A stretch of DNA of 64,000 nt from a bacterium (GTDB lineage: Bacteria > Desulfobacterota_D > UBA1144). The position numbers were made by a program, and so were the translations under genes. Location of the stretch: the NCBI GenBank assembly GCA_018654605.1, contig JABILG010000014.1:12626-76625 (forward strand). Reading direction: 5' to 3'. The notes under the pieces are model-generated. The model made no database searches and was not told the origin of the DNA. It saw nothing but the letters and a program-made list of their open reading frames with translations. Shown piece after piece: positions 47,095 to 56,772 of this stretch (positions are counted from its first letter, which is position 1; each line of letters starts with the position of its first letter).

Positions 47095-50000
47095 TAATCT
47101 AGCAAATTGTTTTGCAGCAAGCTCCTCATTCTGTCTATAGTATAACCTTTCTTAGACGCATAAAACTCAAATTGAGAATTATTAATTTTTCCTAAGTTAA
47201 AATATCTGGAATTTGGATTAAAGAAATATAGACCACATATTGAAGATGCAGGGTTTAAAGCGAAATTTTCAGTTAAAGATATATTGATGTTCTTTTCTAC
47301 TTCTAATAAATCCCATATTTTTATTTTCTCTGAATGGTCAGGAAGAGATGGATAGCCATGCGCTGGTCTAATTCCAGAATAATTTTCTTCAATTAAAGCT
47401 TTTAAGTTGAACTCCTCATTCTCACCATTCAGTATTCGGATTTCGCGATGAAGAAACTCGGCACATGCCTCGGCTAGTCTGTCCCCTATTGCTTTTACGA
47501 TAATTGAGGAATAATCATCTCCTTTTTCTTCGTATTTCATTGAATATTCATCTACCTCTTTTCCTGCTGTTACTGCAAAAGAACCTATGATATCTTTGTC
47601 TTCTTTGTTGCTCGAAATAAAATCCGCTAAGCAATAATAATTAGAACTCTTCGAATTCTTGTCTACCTGTTGTCTAAGAAAGTTTAATTTTTCAATATCT
47701 TCGCCTTTCTCATCGAGTAAAATTACATCCTCGTCTACTGAGTATGCATTCCACACTTTAGAAACCCCTCGCAAATCTAGAATCTTATTTATTATTAAAT
47801 CGTTCAGTATTTTTTCTGCATCACTGAACAAATCTTTTGCCTGATTACCATATTTCTTGTTTCTAAAAATATTAGGGTAAACTCCTTTCATCTGCCATGT
47901 CCAGAAAAATGGGGACCAATCTATATATTTAATTATTTCATTAATATCAAAATTCCACTCGTTTAATGACAAATCTCCATACTTATTGTTAAGTCCTTTA
48001 AAATCTATATTTAACTTCTTATTTCGTGAATCCTCCAAAGATAAGAATGAAATTTTCCTATTCTTTGCATAGCTTAAAGCAAAATCTTTTTGATCTTTTT
48101 TGATTGCCGCCTTATGTGAATTACTTGTCTTGCTATTCAGCAAATCTCTACATACCCCAACAACAAGTGAAGCATCTGGGACATGTACTACAACATCATC
48201 TGGATACTTAGGGGCAATCTTTATTGCTGTATGAGCCTTACTAGTTGTAGCACCGCCAATTAACACAGGAATATCTATTCCATTCTTCTTAAATTCCTCA
48301 ACATTTGAAATCATTTCATCTAAAGAAGGAGTAATAAGACCACTCAAGCCAATTATGTCCGGATTTAACTCTTTGACCTTATCTACAATATCTCCACAAG
48401 ACACCATGACGCCCATGTCTTCCACCTCATAGCCATTACATCTTGCTACAACGGCAACAATATTCTTTCCAATATCATGAACATCACCTTTAACTGTTGC
48501 TATTAAAATCTTACCAGCTGCAGAAACCGTCCCCTTTTCTTTTTCCATAAATGGTTCCAAATAATTGACAGCCTTCTTCATAGATCTAGCACTTTTTACA
48601 ACTTGAGGTAAGAACATCTTGCCCTCTCCAAAAAGCTGGCCGACAATTTTCATTCCATCCATCAAAGGACCCTCGATTACCTCTAAAGGTGAAGCATATT
48701 TAATCCTAGCTTCTTCTGCATCCTCTTCTATATTAGAAGTAATACCCTTAATAACTTGGTGTGCGATTCGTTTTTCTAAATCATAAGCCATCCATTCCAA
48801 CTCTTTGTCCTGACTAATACCACCAGTATTAACTTTATTAGCGAAATCAATTAATACTTCGGTTGCTTTATCAGACTTGTTAAATATTACATCTTCTACT
48901 ATTAGTAAAAGTTCTTTGTCTATCTCTTCGAAGACTTCCAACATTCCTGCATTAAGGATAGCCATATCAAGACCCTTCTTTTTAGCATAAAACAAGAAAA
49001 CTGAATGCATTGCTTCTCTAACCTTATTGTTACCTCTAAAAGCAAAAGAAAGATTACTAACACCACCGCTGGTTAAAGCTCCTGGGCACTCCTTCTTAAT
49101 TAAAGGTATTGCATCTAGAAAGTTGATAGCATAGTTTCTATGCTCATCAATCCCTGTACCAATTGTTAAGATATTTGAATCAAATATTATATCTCGTGGC
49201 TTAAAACCAACCCTATTAACTAAAATGTCATAAGCTCTTTTACATATTCTGACTTTATCTTCAGTTTCTGTTGCTTGACCATCTTCATCGAAAGCCATTA
49301 CAACAACAGATCCACCATAACTAAGAACTTTTTCAGCATGTTCTATAAATAAATCTTCTCCTTCTTTTAAACTGATAGAATTAACAATACCTCTACCTTG
49401 AATACATTTTAAACCTGCTTCAATAACTGACCATTTAGAACTATCAATCATAATTGGAACTCTTGATATATCTGGCTCCGATGCAATTAAATTTAGAAAT
49501 TTCACCATACATTCTTCACTTTCAATAAGTCCTTCATCAAAATTTATATCTATAATATGGGCACCATTTTCAACTTGTTGTTTTGCAACCTCTAAGGCAC
49601 TCTCAAAATCATCATCTTTGATTAATCTAGAAAATTTTGGTGAGCCTGTAACATTTGTTCTTTCCCCTACAACTAGAAAATTATTAATATTATCTTTTCT
49701 TAAAAGTTCTAAGCCACTATAGGATGAGAATTGACTCGTTTTAGGAATTTTTCTAGGTTTATAGGTTCCTACTTTTTTAACAATTGCTTTGATATGATCT
49801 GGAGTAGTACCACAGCATCCACCTACAAAATTTATCAAATTATTTTCTGCTAAACTTTCAATATCACCTGCTGTCATCTCAGGAGTTTCATCATATCCAG
49901 TATCCGACAAAGGATTTGGTAGTCCAGCATTTGGATAACAAAATACTTTTGTATCTGCGGATTCAGACAACACCTTCATATATTCAAATAAAGAAGCAGC

Positions 50001-50768
50001 ACCTAATCCACAATTCATACCAACAGCGTATGGTTTAGAATGCCTAATGGACTCCCAAAAAGCTTCAATAGTTTGACCAGACAAAGTCCTACCTGATTTA
50101 TCAGAAAAGGTTACCGATAAAAAAACTGGAATCTCGACAAGGGTTTCTTTAAATAAAGTATCAATTGCAAAAACTGCCGCTTTTAAGTTTAATGTATCAA
50201 ATGTAGTCTCAGGTATTAGAATATCTACTCCTGATTCATATAAGAGCTTTGCTTGAATATAATAAGCTTCACAAAGTTCATCGAAGGAAGTGTTCCTAGC
50301 ACCAGGGTCCTCAACATCAGGTGAGATAGATGCGGTTCTATTAGTTGGCCCTAAAGCACCTGAAATCAAAATCCTTTTACCCTCAACTAAATCGGTAGTT
50401 TCAGATATAGCTTCTTTAACCGCTATCACACCAAATTTGTTAATATCATTTACATATTCTTCTAGACCATAGTCTAATTGTGCAATAGAGGTACCATTGA
50501 AGGTATTAGTTTCTATTATATCAGCGCCAGATAAAATATAGCTTTTATGAATATCTTTAATAGCTTCAATATTGGTAATATTCAAAACATCATTATTACC
50601 TTTTAAATCTATATTATGTTTTTTAAATTTATTTCCTCGATAGTCGTCTTCTTCGAAACGATACTTTTGTATCATTGTCCCCATAGCTCCATCCATAAAA
50701 ACAATTCTTTCTTTACACAAATCATTTAGGAACTTGAAAACATCGGATTTGATTACTTTAGTGCTCAT
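47094..50768 (-). CDS. metH: Cobalamin-dependent methionine synthase
   Basis: 1224 aa with all modules: Hcy-binding, pterin-binding, the B12-binding [10 protein letters not shown] (DxHxxG) and the C-terminal AdoMet activation domain. Confidence 0.95.
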   Translation of the reverse strand: MSTKVIKSDVFKFLNDLCKERIVFMDGAMGTMIQKYRFEEDDYRGNKFKKHNIDLKGNNDVLNITNIEAIKDIHKSYILSGADIIETNTFNGTSIAQLDYGLEEYVNDINKFGVIAVKEAISETTDLVEGKRILISGALGPTNRTASISPDVEDPGARNTSFDELCEAYYIQAKLLYESGVDILIPETTFDTLNLKAAVFAIDTLFKETLVEIPVFLSVTFSDKSGRTLSGQTIEAFWESIRHSKPYAVGMNCGLGAASLFEYMKVLSESADTKVFCYPNAGLPNPLSDTGYDETPEMTAGDIESLAENNLINFVGGCCGTTPDHIKAIVKKVGTYKPRKIPKTSQFSSYSGLELLRKDNINNFLVVGERTNVTGSPKFSRLIKDDDFESALEVAKQQVENGAHIIDINFDEGLIESEECMVKFLNLIASEPDISRVPIMIDSSKWSVIEAGLKCIQGRGIVNSISLKEGEDLFIEHAEKVLSYGGSVVVMAFDEDGQATETEDKVRICKRAYDILVNRVGFKPRDIIFDSNILTIGTGIDEHRNYAINFLDAIPLIKKECPGALTSGGVSNLSFAFRGNNKVREAMHSVFLFYAKKKGLDMAILNAGMLEVFEEIDKELLLIVEDVIFNKSDKATEVLIDFANKVNTGGISQDKELEWMAYDLEKRIAHQVIKGITSNIEEDAEEARIKYASPLEVIEGPLMDGMKIVGQLFGEGKMFLPQVVKSARSMKKAVNYLEPFMEKEKGTVSAAGKILIATVKGDVHDIGKNIVAVVARCNGYEVEDMGVMVSCGDIVDKVKELNPDIIGLSGLITPSLDEMISNVEEFKKNGIDIPVLIGGATTSKAHTAIKIAPKYPDDVVVHVPDASLVVGVCRDLLNSKTSNSHKAAIKKDQKDFALSYAKNRKISFLSLEDSRNKKLNIDFKGLNNKYGDLSLNEWNFDINEIIKYIDWSPFFWTWQMKGVYPNIFRNKKYGNQAKDLFSDAEKILNDLIINKILDLRGVSKVWNAYSVDEDVILLDEKGEDIEKLNFLRQQVDKNSKSSNYYCLADFISSNKEDKDIIGSFAVTAGKEVDEYSMKYEEKGDDYSSIIVKAIGDRLAEACAEFLHREIRILNGENEEFNLKALIEENYSGIRPAHGYPSLPDHSEKIKIWDLLEVEKNINISLTENFALNPASSICGLYFFNPNSRYFNLGKINNSQFEFYASKKGYTIDRMRSLLQNNLLD

Positions 50769-51564
50769 CTCTTAATTGCCTCAATAACTTAAATCTAAAT
50801 TCAATCTTCTCATTTTTAAATAAATCTTTTCTTTCTAAGCAATCTAAAAAGGTAAACTCGTCTATCCTTAGGAATGGGTTGTTTCTTTTCTCAAAACCTA
50901 TATTAAATAATGGGCTAAGTTTGCTTGGTTTAAAATTAGAAAGTAAAACATCTAACTCCGAACCAATTTCCGATGAGTTTGCATATAAGGACTGAAGAAA
51001 GGTAATATTGTTTTTTAAATAATCATGACCAGGAAGTAGTAATAATTGATCTGGTAAATTCTTAATTTTATGAGTAATTGTACGGAAAAGCATAGAGACA
51101 TCACCACGAAAGTTTACATTTCCGACACCCAAATTAAAGATCGAATCTCCACAAAAAAAATATCTATCGAATATTAAAGAAACATGCTCATGACAGTGGC
51201 CAGGAGTATGAAGAACTTTTAAATTCAAATTCCCAACCTTTACAATATCATTTTCAAAAACATTTTCAAATTCAAATTCAAAAAGCTCTCTACAGTCAAT
51301 ATGTGCGAGAAGAGGACATTCATATTTAGAAATAAAAAAATCGTTATATTTAATATGATCAGGATGGGCATGTGTATTAAAGATGTACTTTGGTCTAAGT
51401 GAATTCTCCTTAATAATCTCCTCTATTCCATTCTTATCTAGAGGATCAATAACTATACACTCCTTAGTTGAATTACATGATAATACATAATTAATATTCC
51501 TGTCACTATTTTGAACTAGAAACCTATATATTGTAAATCTATTATCGACTATTGATTCATACAT
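50758..51564 (-). CDS. MBL-fold metallo-hydrolase (glyoxalase II-like)
   Basis: THAHPDH motif, TPGH, and the downstream Asp/His positions. Overlaps the metH start by 11 nt. Confidence 0.8.
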   Translation of the reverse strand: MYESIVDNRFTIYRFLVQNSDRNINYVLSCNSTKECIVIDPLDKNGIEEIIKENSLRPKYIFNTHAHPDHIKYNDFFISKYECPLLAHIDCRELFEFEFENVFENDIVKVGNLNLKVLHTPGHCHEHVSLIFDRYFFCGDSIFNLGVGNVNFRGDVSMLFRTITHKIKNLPDQLLLLPGHDYLKNNITFLQSLYANSSEIGSELDVLLSNFKPSKLSPLFNIGFEKRNNPFLRIDEFTFLDCLERKDLFKNEKIEFRFKLLRQLRDEH

Positions 51565-51740
51565 TTTTTTAGTATACCTCTTTAATAATTACACTTTATT
51601 GTTTTTTTTTAAAATAATATTATAATTAATTTGTCGTCATTTAACTCTAATTGCAGCGACTTTAAATAACTGCTAAACAGAGAAAGGGCATTTTCTTTTG
51701 TCTTTCCTCTTGAGTTACATTATAATTTCGGGAGTTTTTT

Positions 51741-52985
51741 ATGTCTAACTCATGTGTTATTAATCTTCGTTGTGCTGACAGTAATTGTGGAAAAGAATAT
51801 GAAAAGAAGGCAAATTATGTTTGTGAGTATTGCTTTGGACCTTTAGAGGTTAATTATGACTATAAGAAAATTAAGAAAGTATTAACTATTGAAAAAATCC
51901 TTAAGAGAGAAAAAACCTTGTGGAGATATAAAGAACTTTTACCTTTAGACCATGATCCAACAGTAGGTTTAAACTCAGGTTTTACTCCTTTAATAAAAGC
52001 AGATAATTTAGCAAAAAAATTAGGTGTGGACGAATTATACATTAAACATGATGGTGTCTCCTTCCCTACATTATCTTTTAAGGACAGGGTTGTTTCCGTT
52101 GCTCTTTCTAAAGCAAAAGAACTAGGTTTTGACACAGTTGGTTGTGCTTCAACCGGGAATTTGGCTAATTCTGTGGCTGCTAATGCTACTGCGGCCAATT
52201 TAAAAAGTTTTATTTTTATTCCATCTGATTTAGAGGAATCTAAAATTATAGCAACTTCAGTATACGGTTCAGAAGTAATTGGAGTCAACGGTTCATATGA
52301 TGACGTAAACCGACTATGTACAGAAGTGCTAGGGTCTAACAACTGGGGCTTTGTTAATATAAATCTTAGAACCTATTATGCTGAGGGCTCTAAAACAGTT
52401 GGATACGAAATAATTGAACAACTAGGATGGAAAGCTCCTAAGAATATAGTGGTATGCATGGCCAGCGGTTCCTTATTAACTAAAATATACAAATCTGTAA
52501 AAGAATTTGAGGATTTAGGGTTTATAGAACCAAACGGAACAAAGATATTTGGAGCACAAGCTACAGGATGTTCCCCAATATCAACTGCAGTTAAAAATAA
52601 ATGGCCAGTATTTAAACCTGTAAAACCTCAAACTATTGCCAAGTCCCTTGCTATAGGGAATCCTGCTGATGGAATAAATGCAATCAATCTATTAAATTCG
52701 ATTGATTCATACTCCGAAGATGTCTCTGACCCTGAAATTGTCGATGCAATGAAATTATTAGCAGAAACTGAAGGAATATTTACAGAGACTGCTGGAGGAG
52801 TAACCTTGGCTAGCGCAAAAAAGATGATCGAATCTGGCAAAATACCAAAAAATGAATCTCTAGTATTAGTCATAACCGGAAACGGGCTAAAAACTCAAGA
52901 TCCCTTAGTGAATAATATATCAAAACCATATATAATAGAACCAACAATGAAAGATTTTGAAAGAATCTTTACCAAGGAGAGTTAA
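51741..52985 (+). CDS. Threonine synthase-family PLP enzyme with N-terminal zinc ribbon (ThrC-like, possibly MetM-type)
   Basis: N-terminal C..SNC...C.YC ribbon. PLP lysine context FPTLSFKDR. GCASTGNLA and ITGNGLK. GGGAG SD 6 nt upstream of the ATG. Confidence 0.85.
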   Translation: MSNSCVINLRCADSNCGKEYEKKANYVCEYCFGPLEVNYDYKKIKKVLTIEKILKREKTLWRYKELLPLDHDPTVGLNSGFTPLIKADNLAKKLGVDELYIKHDGVSFPTLSFKDRVVSVALSKAKELGFDTVGCASTGNLANSVAANATAANLKSFIFIPSDLEESKIIATSVYGSEVIGVNGSYDDVNRLCTEVLGSNNWGFVNINLRTYYAEGSKTVGYEIIEQLGWKAPKNIVVCMASGSLLTKIYKSVKEFEDLGFIEPNGTKIFGAQATGCSPISTAVKNKWPVFKPVKPQTIAKSLAIGNPADGINAINLLNSIDSYSEDVSDPEIVDAMKLLAETEGIFTETAGGVTLASAKKMIESGKIPKNESLVLVITGNGLKTQDPLVNNISKPYIIEPTMKDFERIFTKES

Positions 52986-53264
52986 ATGGCTTTAGTTAAG
53001 ATACCTACACCACTTAGAAGACTTACAAACGAAAAAGATGAAGTTACAATTTCGTCAGATTCTGTTACTCAAATGATTATTGATCTCGAAACAGAATACC
53101 CTGGAATTAAAGATAGATTGTGTGATGAAAATGGTGAAATAAGAAAATTTATTAATATTTATGTCAACGAAGAGGATATTAGATTTTTAAAAGGGCCTGA
53201 AACTGAAATATTAGAGAATGATACCGTATCTATAATTCCTGCTATTGCTGGTGGAGCTAGCTAA
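52986..53264 (+). CDS. ThiS/MoaD-family sulfur-carrier (beta-grasp) protein ending ...AIAGG-AS
   Basis: 92 aa. The C-terminus is IIPAIAGGAS, a diglycine followed by two extra residues. The ATG directly follows the ThrC-like stop codon. Confidence 0.75.
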   Translation: MALVKIPTPLRRLTNEKDEVTISSDSVTQMIIDLETEYPGIKDRLCDENGEIRKFINIYVNEEDIRFLKGPETEILENDTVSIIPAIAGGAS

Positions 53265-54321
53265 AAAAGTCTTTAACTTTGTTTATATAATCTGAGAATG
53301 GATTTGAAGCTTCCTTGTCTATTTCTTTTTGGAAATCCTGCATTATTTTTTTCTGTTTAGAACTTGTTGTTTTAGGTATAACTATATTTAATTTAACATA
53401 CAAATCACCAATTCTTGATGATCTCAAATCTTTTATTCCTTTACCTTTGAGCCTCATTATTTGGCCGGGTTGAATTCCTGGCGGAATCTTTAATTCTGAT
53501 TTTCCCTCCAAAGTAGGAATATCAATACTGCCACCTATTACTGCATTGGGGATGCTTATTGGTACTTCACATATTAGATTTTCATCTTCTCTTTGAAATA
53601 GTGGATGATCTTTGACTGATATATTGACATAGAGATCACCGTTGGGACCTGAACCAACTCCTATATCCCCTTCATTTCTTATTCTTAACTGTGTTCCATT
53701 GTCTACTCCAGGTGGGACTTTGACTTTAACTGTCTTATGTTCCGTTTCCTGAGGAAACGCACCTATTCCACCGCATGAGTCACATCCCCTGCTTACAGAG
53801 AAGAATCCTTGAGAGTAGTTTACTTCGCCTGAACCTGCGCATGCATTACATGTCTTGTAGCTTTTAGCTTTTCTTATTTGAACGTTCATTTGTGCGCCTT
53901 TAACAGCTTGTTCGAATTCTAAATGAAGATCGTATTTTAGGTCTCTGCCTTTTGGACTTCTTTCCCTAGAAGATCTTCTACCCCTACCTCTACCGCCTCC
54001 CAGAAAATCATTCATTAAATCTTCAATATCGATTCCACCACCAGCAAATCCACCTCCTGGGAAACCACCTCCTGGAAAACCTCCAGCACCAGCGCCTTCA
54101 AATGCAGAAGATCCATAAGCGTCATATTGGGATCTTTTCTCAGAATCGCCTAAAATCTGGTAAGCCTCATTTATTTCTTTAAATTTTTCTTCGGATTTCT
54201 TGTCACCCTTATTTCTATCAGGATGATATTTGAAAGCTAATTTTTTATATGATTTTTTAATCTCATCATCAGAAGAATTCTTTGATACACCTAGGGTTGA
54301 ATAAAAATCTTTGCTACTCAT
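53257..54321 (-). CDS. dnaJ: Chaperone DnaJ (with only two of the usual four CxxCxGxG repeats)
   Basis: J domain with HPDRN, a G/F-rich region, then CNACAGSG and CDSCGGIG only, then the C-terminal domains. I place the start at ATG 54321, 1 nt after the grpE stop. Confidence 0.9.
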   Translation of the reverse strand: MSSKDFYSTLGVSKNSSDDEIKKSYKKLAFKYHPDRNKGDKKSEEKFKEINEAYQILGDSEKRSQYDAYGSSAFEGAGAGGFPGGGFPGGGFAGGGIDIEDLMNDFLGGGRGRGRRSSRERSPKGRDLKYDLHLEFEQAVKGAQMNVQIRKAKSYKTCNACAGSGEVNYSQGFFSVSRGCDSCGGIGAFPQETEHKTVKVKVPPGVDNGTQLRIRNEGDIGVGSGPNGDLYVNISVKDHPLFQREDENLICEVPISIPNAVIGGSIDIPTLEGKSELKIPPGIQPGQIMRLKGKGIKDLRSSRIGDLYVKLNIVIPKTTSSKQKKIMQDFQKEIDKEASNPFSDYINKVKDFFS

Positions 54322-54322
54322 G

Positions 54323-55009
54323 TTAGTTTGCACTTCCTGATGAGACTGTAACCATAGCTGGCCTTAAAAGCTTATCATTGCTCAAATAACCAGATTGAAT
54401 GATATTAATTATCATATCTTTTCCAATGTCTTCGGATGCCTTCACTTCAATGGCTTCATGTAATTGTGGGTCAAAGGAATCACCAATTTTCAAATCAATC
54501 CTTTTAATATTACTCTTCAATAAAAAAGTATCGCATTCTTTAAAGACTGCCTTCATTCCTTTGAAGAAATCTGAGTCTGATTCCTTTTCTTGATACAGTG
54601 ACAAACCTCTTTCGAAATTATCTATAAAATTTAACAAATCTCTGATAATCGAATCTTTCGCATATGTTGTGGCTTGAGTTTTCTCCTGTGCTACTCTTTT
54701 CTTAAAATTTTCAAACTCTGCGGCAAATCTAAGAAGCTTATCATTAATTTCCTTCTTAGCTTCTTCGACACCCTTAACTACTGACGATATTTCTTTAATG
54801 GATTCTTCATTCTCAAAGAAAAAGATTATGCCTTTCTTGTTCTTCTCGTCCTTTGGAAGATCAAAAGAATAAGATTCAAACTCAGGAACACATTCCTCTT
54901 CTTTTAATTTTAATTCCTCAAGATAATCAAGAACGCTTTCCTTGGAATCAAGACTAATCTTGTCAGCTTTATCAGTCTCTGGTTTATCTTTTGTAATATC
55001 TTCTGTCAT
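54323..55009 (-). CDS. grpE: Nucleotide exchange factor GrpE
   Basis: Acidic N-terminus. Coiled coil with AEFENFKKR. C-terminal FDPQLHEA...G.....LRPAMV. Confidence 0.9.
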   Translation of the reverse strand: MTEDITKDKPETDKADKISLDSKESVLDYLEELKLKEEECVPEFESYSFDLPKDEKNKKGIIFFFENEESIKEISSVVKGVEEAKKEINDKLLRFAAEFENFKKRVAQEKTQATTYAKDSIIRDLLNFIDNFERGLSLYQEKESDSDFFKGMKAVFKECDTFLLKSNIKRIDLKIGDSFDPQLHEAIEVKASEDIGKDMIINIIQSGYLSNDKLLRPAMVTVSSGSAN

Positions 55010-55050
55010 TATTATACTCCAGTTTGAATATAGTCATCAAAATAAAAAAA

Positions 55051-55953
55051 TCAATCAATTTCTTGAATAAGCCCTTCAAGGACTCCTGAATCAGAAACAT
55101 ATAAACTATCCTTATTTATAAGCTTTAAGATTGATATCAAAATAAATATTCCATAGATTATAACAACCTCTCGTCCTTTTTCCATACCATACAACTTTAA
55201 CCTTTCTTCAGGCTTCATTAACATCAATTTATCATGTGTCTTTTTAATATAGCTCAAACTTAGTTTCTGACCATTTACTAGCTCAGAAGAATATCTTTTT
55301 AGTTTTAATTTTATTGCTGCTAAAGTAGTTGGAGTCCCTCCATTCACTACTATCTTTACCTTTTTTACCTCCAGGTTAGAAAAAAACTTATATCTTAACA
55401 GCTTCTTTTCAATATCCTTGAAGATATGTTTTTTATCAATAATAGTAAAACTATTTTTCTTTTTATATCTTCTCCATTCCCGAACTACTCCCATCCTCAT
55501 CGAAACATAATTCATTATAATATTATTTTCTACTAGAGTTATCTCAGTGCTACCACCTCCAATGTCAACCACTAAAAATCTCCTGTCTTTGAAGTTTAAT
55601 GGTTTTAATGCACCTTTTGATGTTAATTCAGCTTCTCTCTTAGAAGTAATGATCTTAAGCTTGTATGAATACCGCTTAAAGAAATCCTCTTCTAGTTCAG
55701 ACTTATTAACACAATCCCTAAAAATACTAGTAGCGACAATGTTAACCTTTTTAACATTAAGACTTTTTATAGATCTAAAAATCTTGTCTAAAGATCTGTA
55801 ATATTTTATAGGAGGCACTAGAACATTGTTCTTATTAAGATAAGAGCCTAGTCCTATTATTGAGCTATACCTTAAAAGAATCTTTCTTTTGTCCTTATCT
55901 ACGACTAGAAGCCTGAAAGCATTTGTTCCTAAATCAACTGCTGCGTAAGCCAT
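55051..55953 (-). CDS. Ppx/GppA-family phosphatase (short, ASKHA domains only)
   Basis: AAVDLGTNAFRLLV and VVDIGGGSTE. I place the start at ATG 55953. Confidence 0.75.
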   Translation of the reverse strand: MAYAAVDLGTNAFRLLVVDKDKRKILLRYSSIIGLGSYLNKNNVLVPPIKYYRSLDKIFRSIKSLNVKKVNIVATSIFRDCVNKSELEEDFFKRYSYKLKIITSKREAELTSKGALKPLNFKDRRFLVVDIGGGSTEITLVENNIIMNYVSMRMGVVREWRRYKKKNSFTIIDKKHIFKDIEKKLLRYKFFSNLEVKKVKIVVNGGTPTTLAAIKLKLKRYSSELVNGQKLSLSYIKKTHDKLMLMKPEERLKLYGMEKGREVVIIYGIFILISILKLINKDSLYVSDSGVLEGLIQEID

Positions 55954-56494
55954 ATTTCTTCTTATAAACCCTACTATGATTAACATAATCTTTTGCCGTA
56001 TTAGTTATCATCTTATAATCATCTTCAGTAATTGCCCTTATCTTCTTGCATGGAGAGCCCATATAGAGAAAGCCTGGTTCAAGGAAAGCACCTGGAGGTA
56101 CCAAGGAACCTGCACCAACAATTACATTACACCTGATTTCAGAACCATCTAATATAATTGCACCCATACCAATGAGTATACGGCTTCGAATTGTTGTAGC
56201 ATGAATAATGCATCCATGACCAATGGTTACATCATTGCCTATATGAGTAGGGAACTTTTTTGAGTCTATATGGACAATTGAGCCATCTTGGATATTGGTT
56301 CTTTTACCAATTCTTATATAGTTACCATCTCCTCGAAGAAGACAATTAAACCAAATACTAGAGTCTTCCCCTATTTCAACATTTCCAATTACATTTGAAT
56401 TATTAGCGATAAAAGTACTCTTGTGAACTATAGGTTTTTTGTTAAAGTTAGAGAGGAAGTCTCTTTCTTCTTTAGAGCTGATTATAGACGACAT
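55934..56494 (-). CDS. Gamma-carbonic-anhydrase-like left-handed beta-helix protein (YrdA/PaaY family)
   Basis: Hexapeptide repeats. GNVEIGEDSSIWFNCLLRGD...IRIGKRTNIQDGSIVH...IGHGCIIH, with the His positions conserved. Confidence 0.8.
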   Translation of the reverse strand: MSSIISSKEERDFLSNFNKKPIVHKSTFIANNSNVIGNVEIGEDSSIWFNCLLRGDGNYIRIGKRTNIQDGSIVHIDSKKFPTHIGNDVTIGHGCIIHATTIRSRILIGMGAIILDGSEIRCNVIVGAGSLVPPGAFLEPGFLYMGSPCKKIRAITEDDYKMITNTAKDYVNHSRVYKKKYGLRSS

Positions 56495-56736
56495 TATTTC
56501 TTTTTATATTTTTGGTTAAATTTCTCAATCCTTCCTGTAGTTCCACCGGCTCTTTCTTTGCCAGAGTAAAAAGGATGTGATGAGCTAGAAATCTCAACTT
56601 TAACTAAAGGGTATTCGACACCATTCTCAGTAATCGTTTCCGACGTATCTACTGAAGAAGCAACAATAAAGTTTTCATCAGTTGTTATATCTTTAAAGAG
56701 CACTTTCCTGTAATTAGGATGAATTTCTTTTTTCAT
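56494..56736 (-). CDS. rpmE: 50S ribosomal protein L31, type B (no CxxC zinc motif)
   Basis: MKKEIHPNY...HPFYSGK. It has no Cys pairs, so it is the zinc-independent paralogue type. Confidence 0.9.
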   Translation of the reverse strand: MKKEIHPNYRKVLFKDITTDENFIVASSVDTSETITENGVEYPLVKVEISSSSHPFYSGKERAGGTTGRIEKFNQKYKKK

Positions 56737-56772
56737 AGGGATGAATTATAAACAGTTAAATTTGATTTGCAA

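Noticed and set aside
51860-52342. 160-aa minus-strand ORF.
   Set aside because: It is antisense within the ThrC-like gene. This is a shadow ORF.
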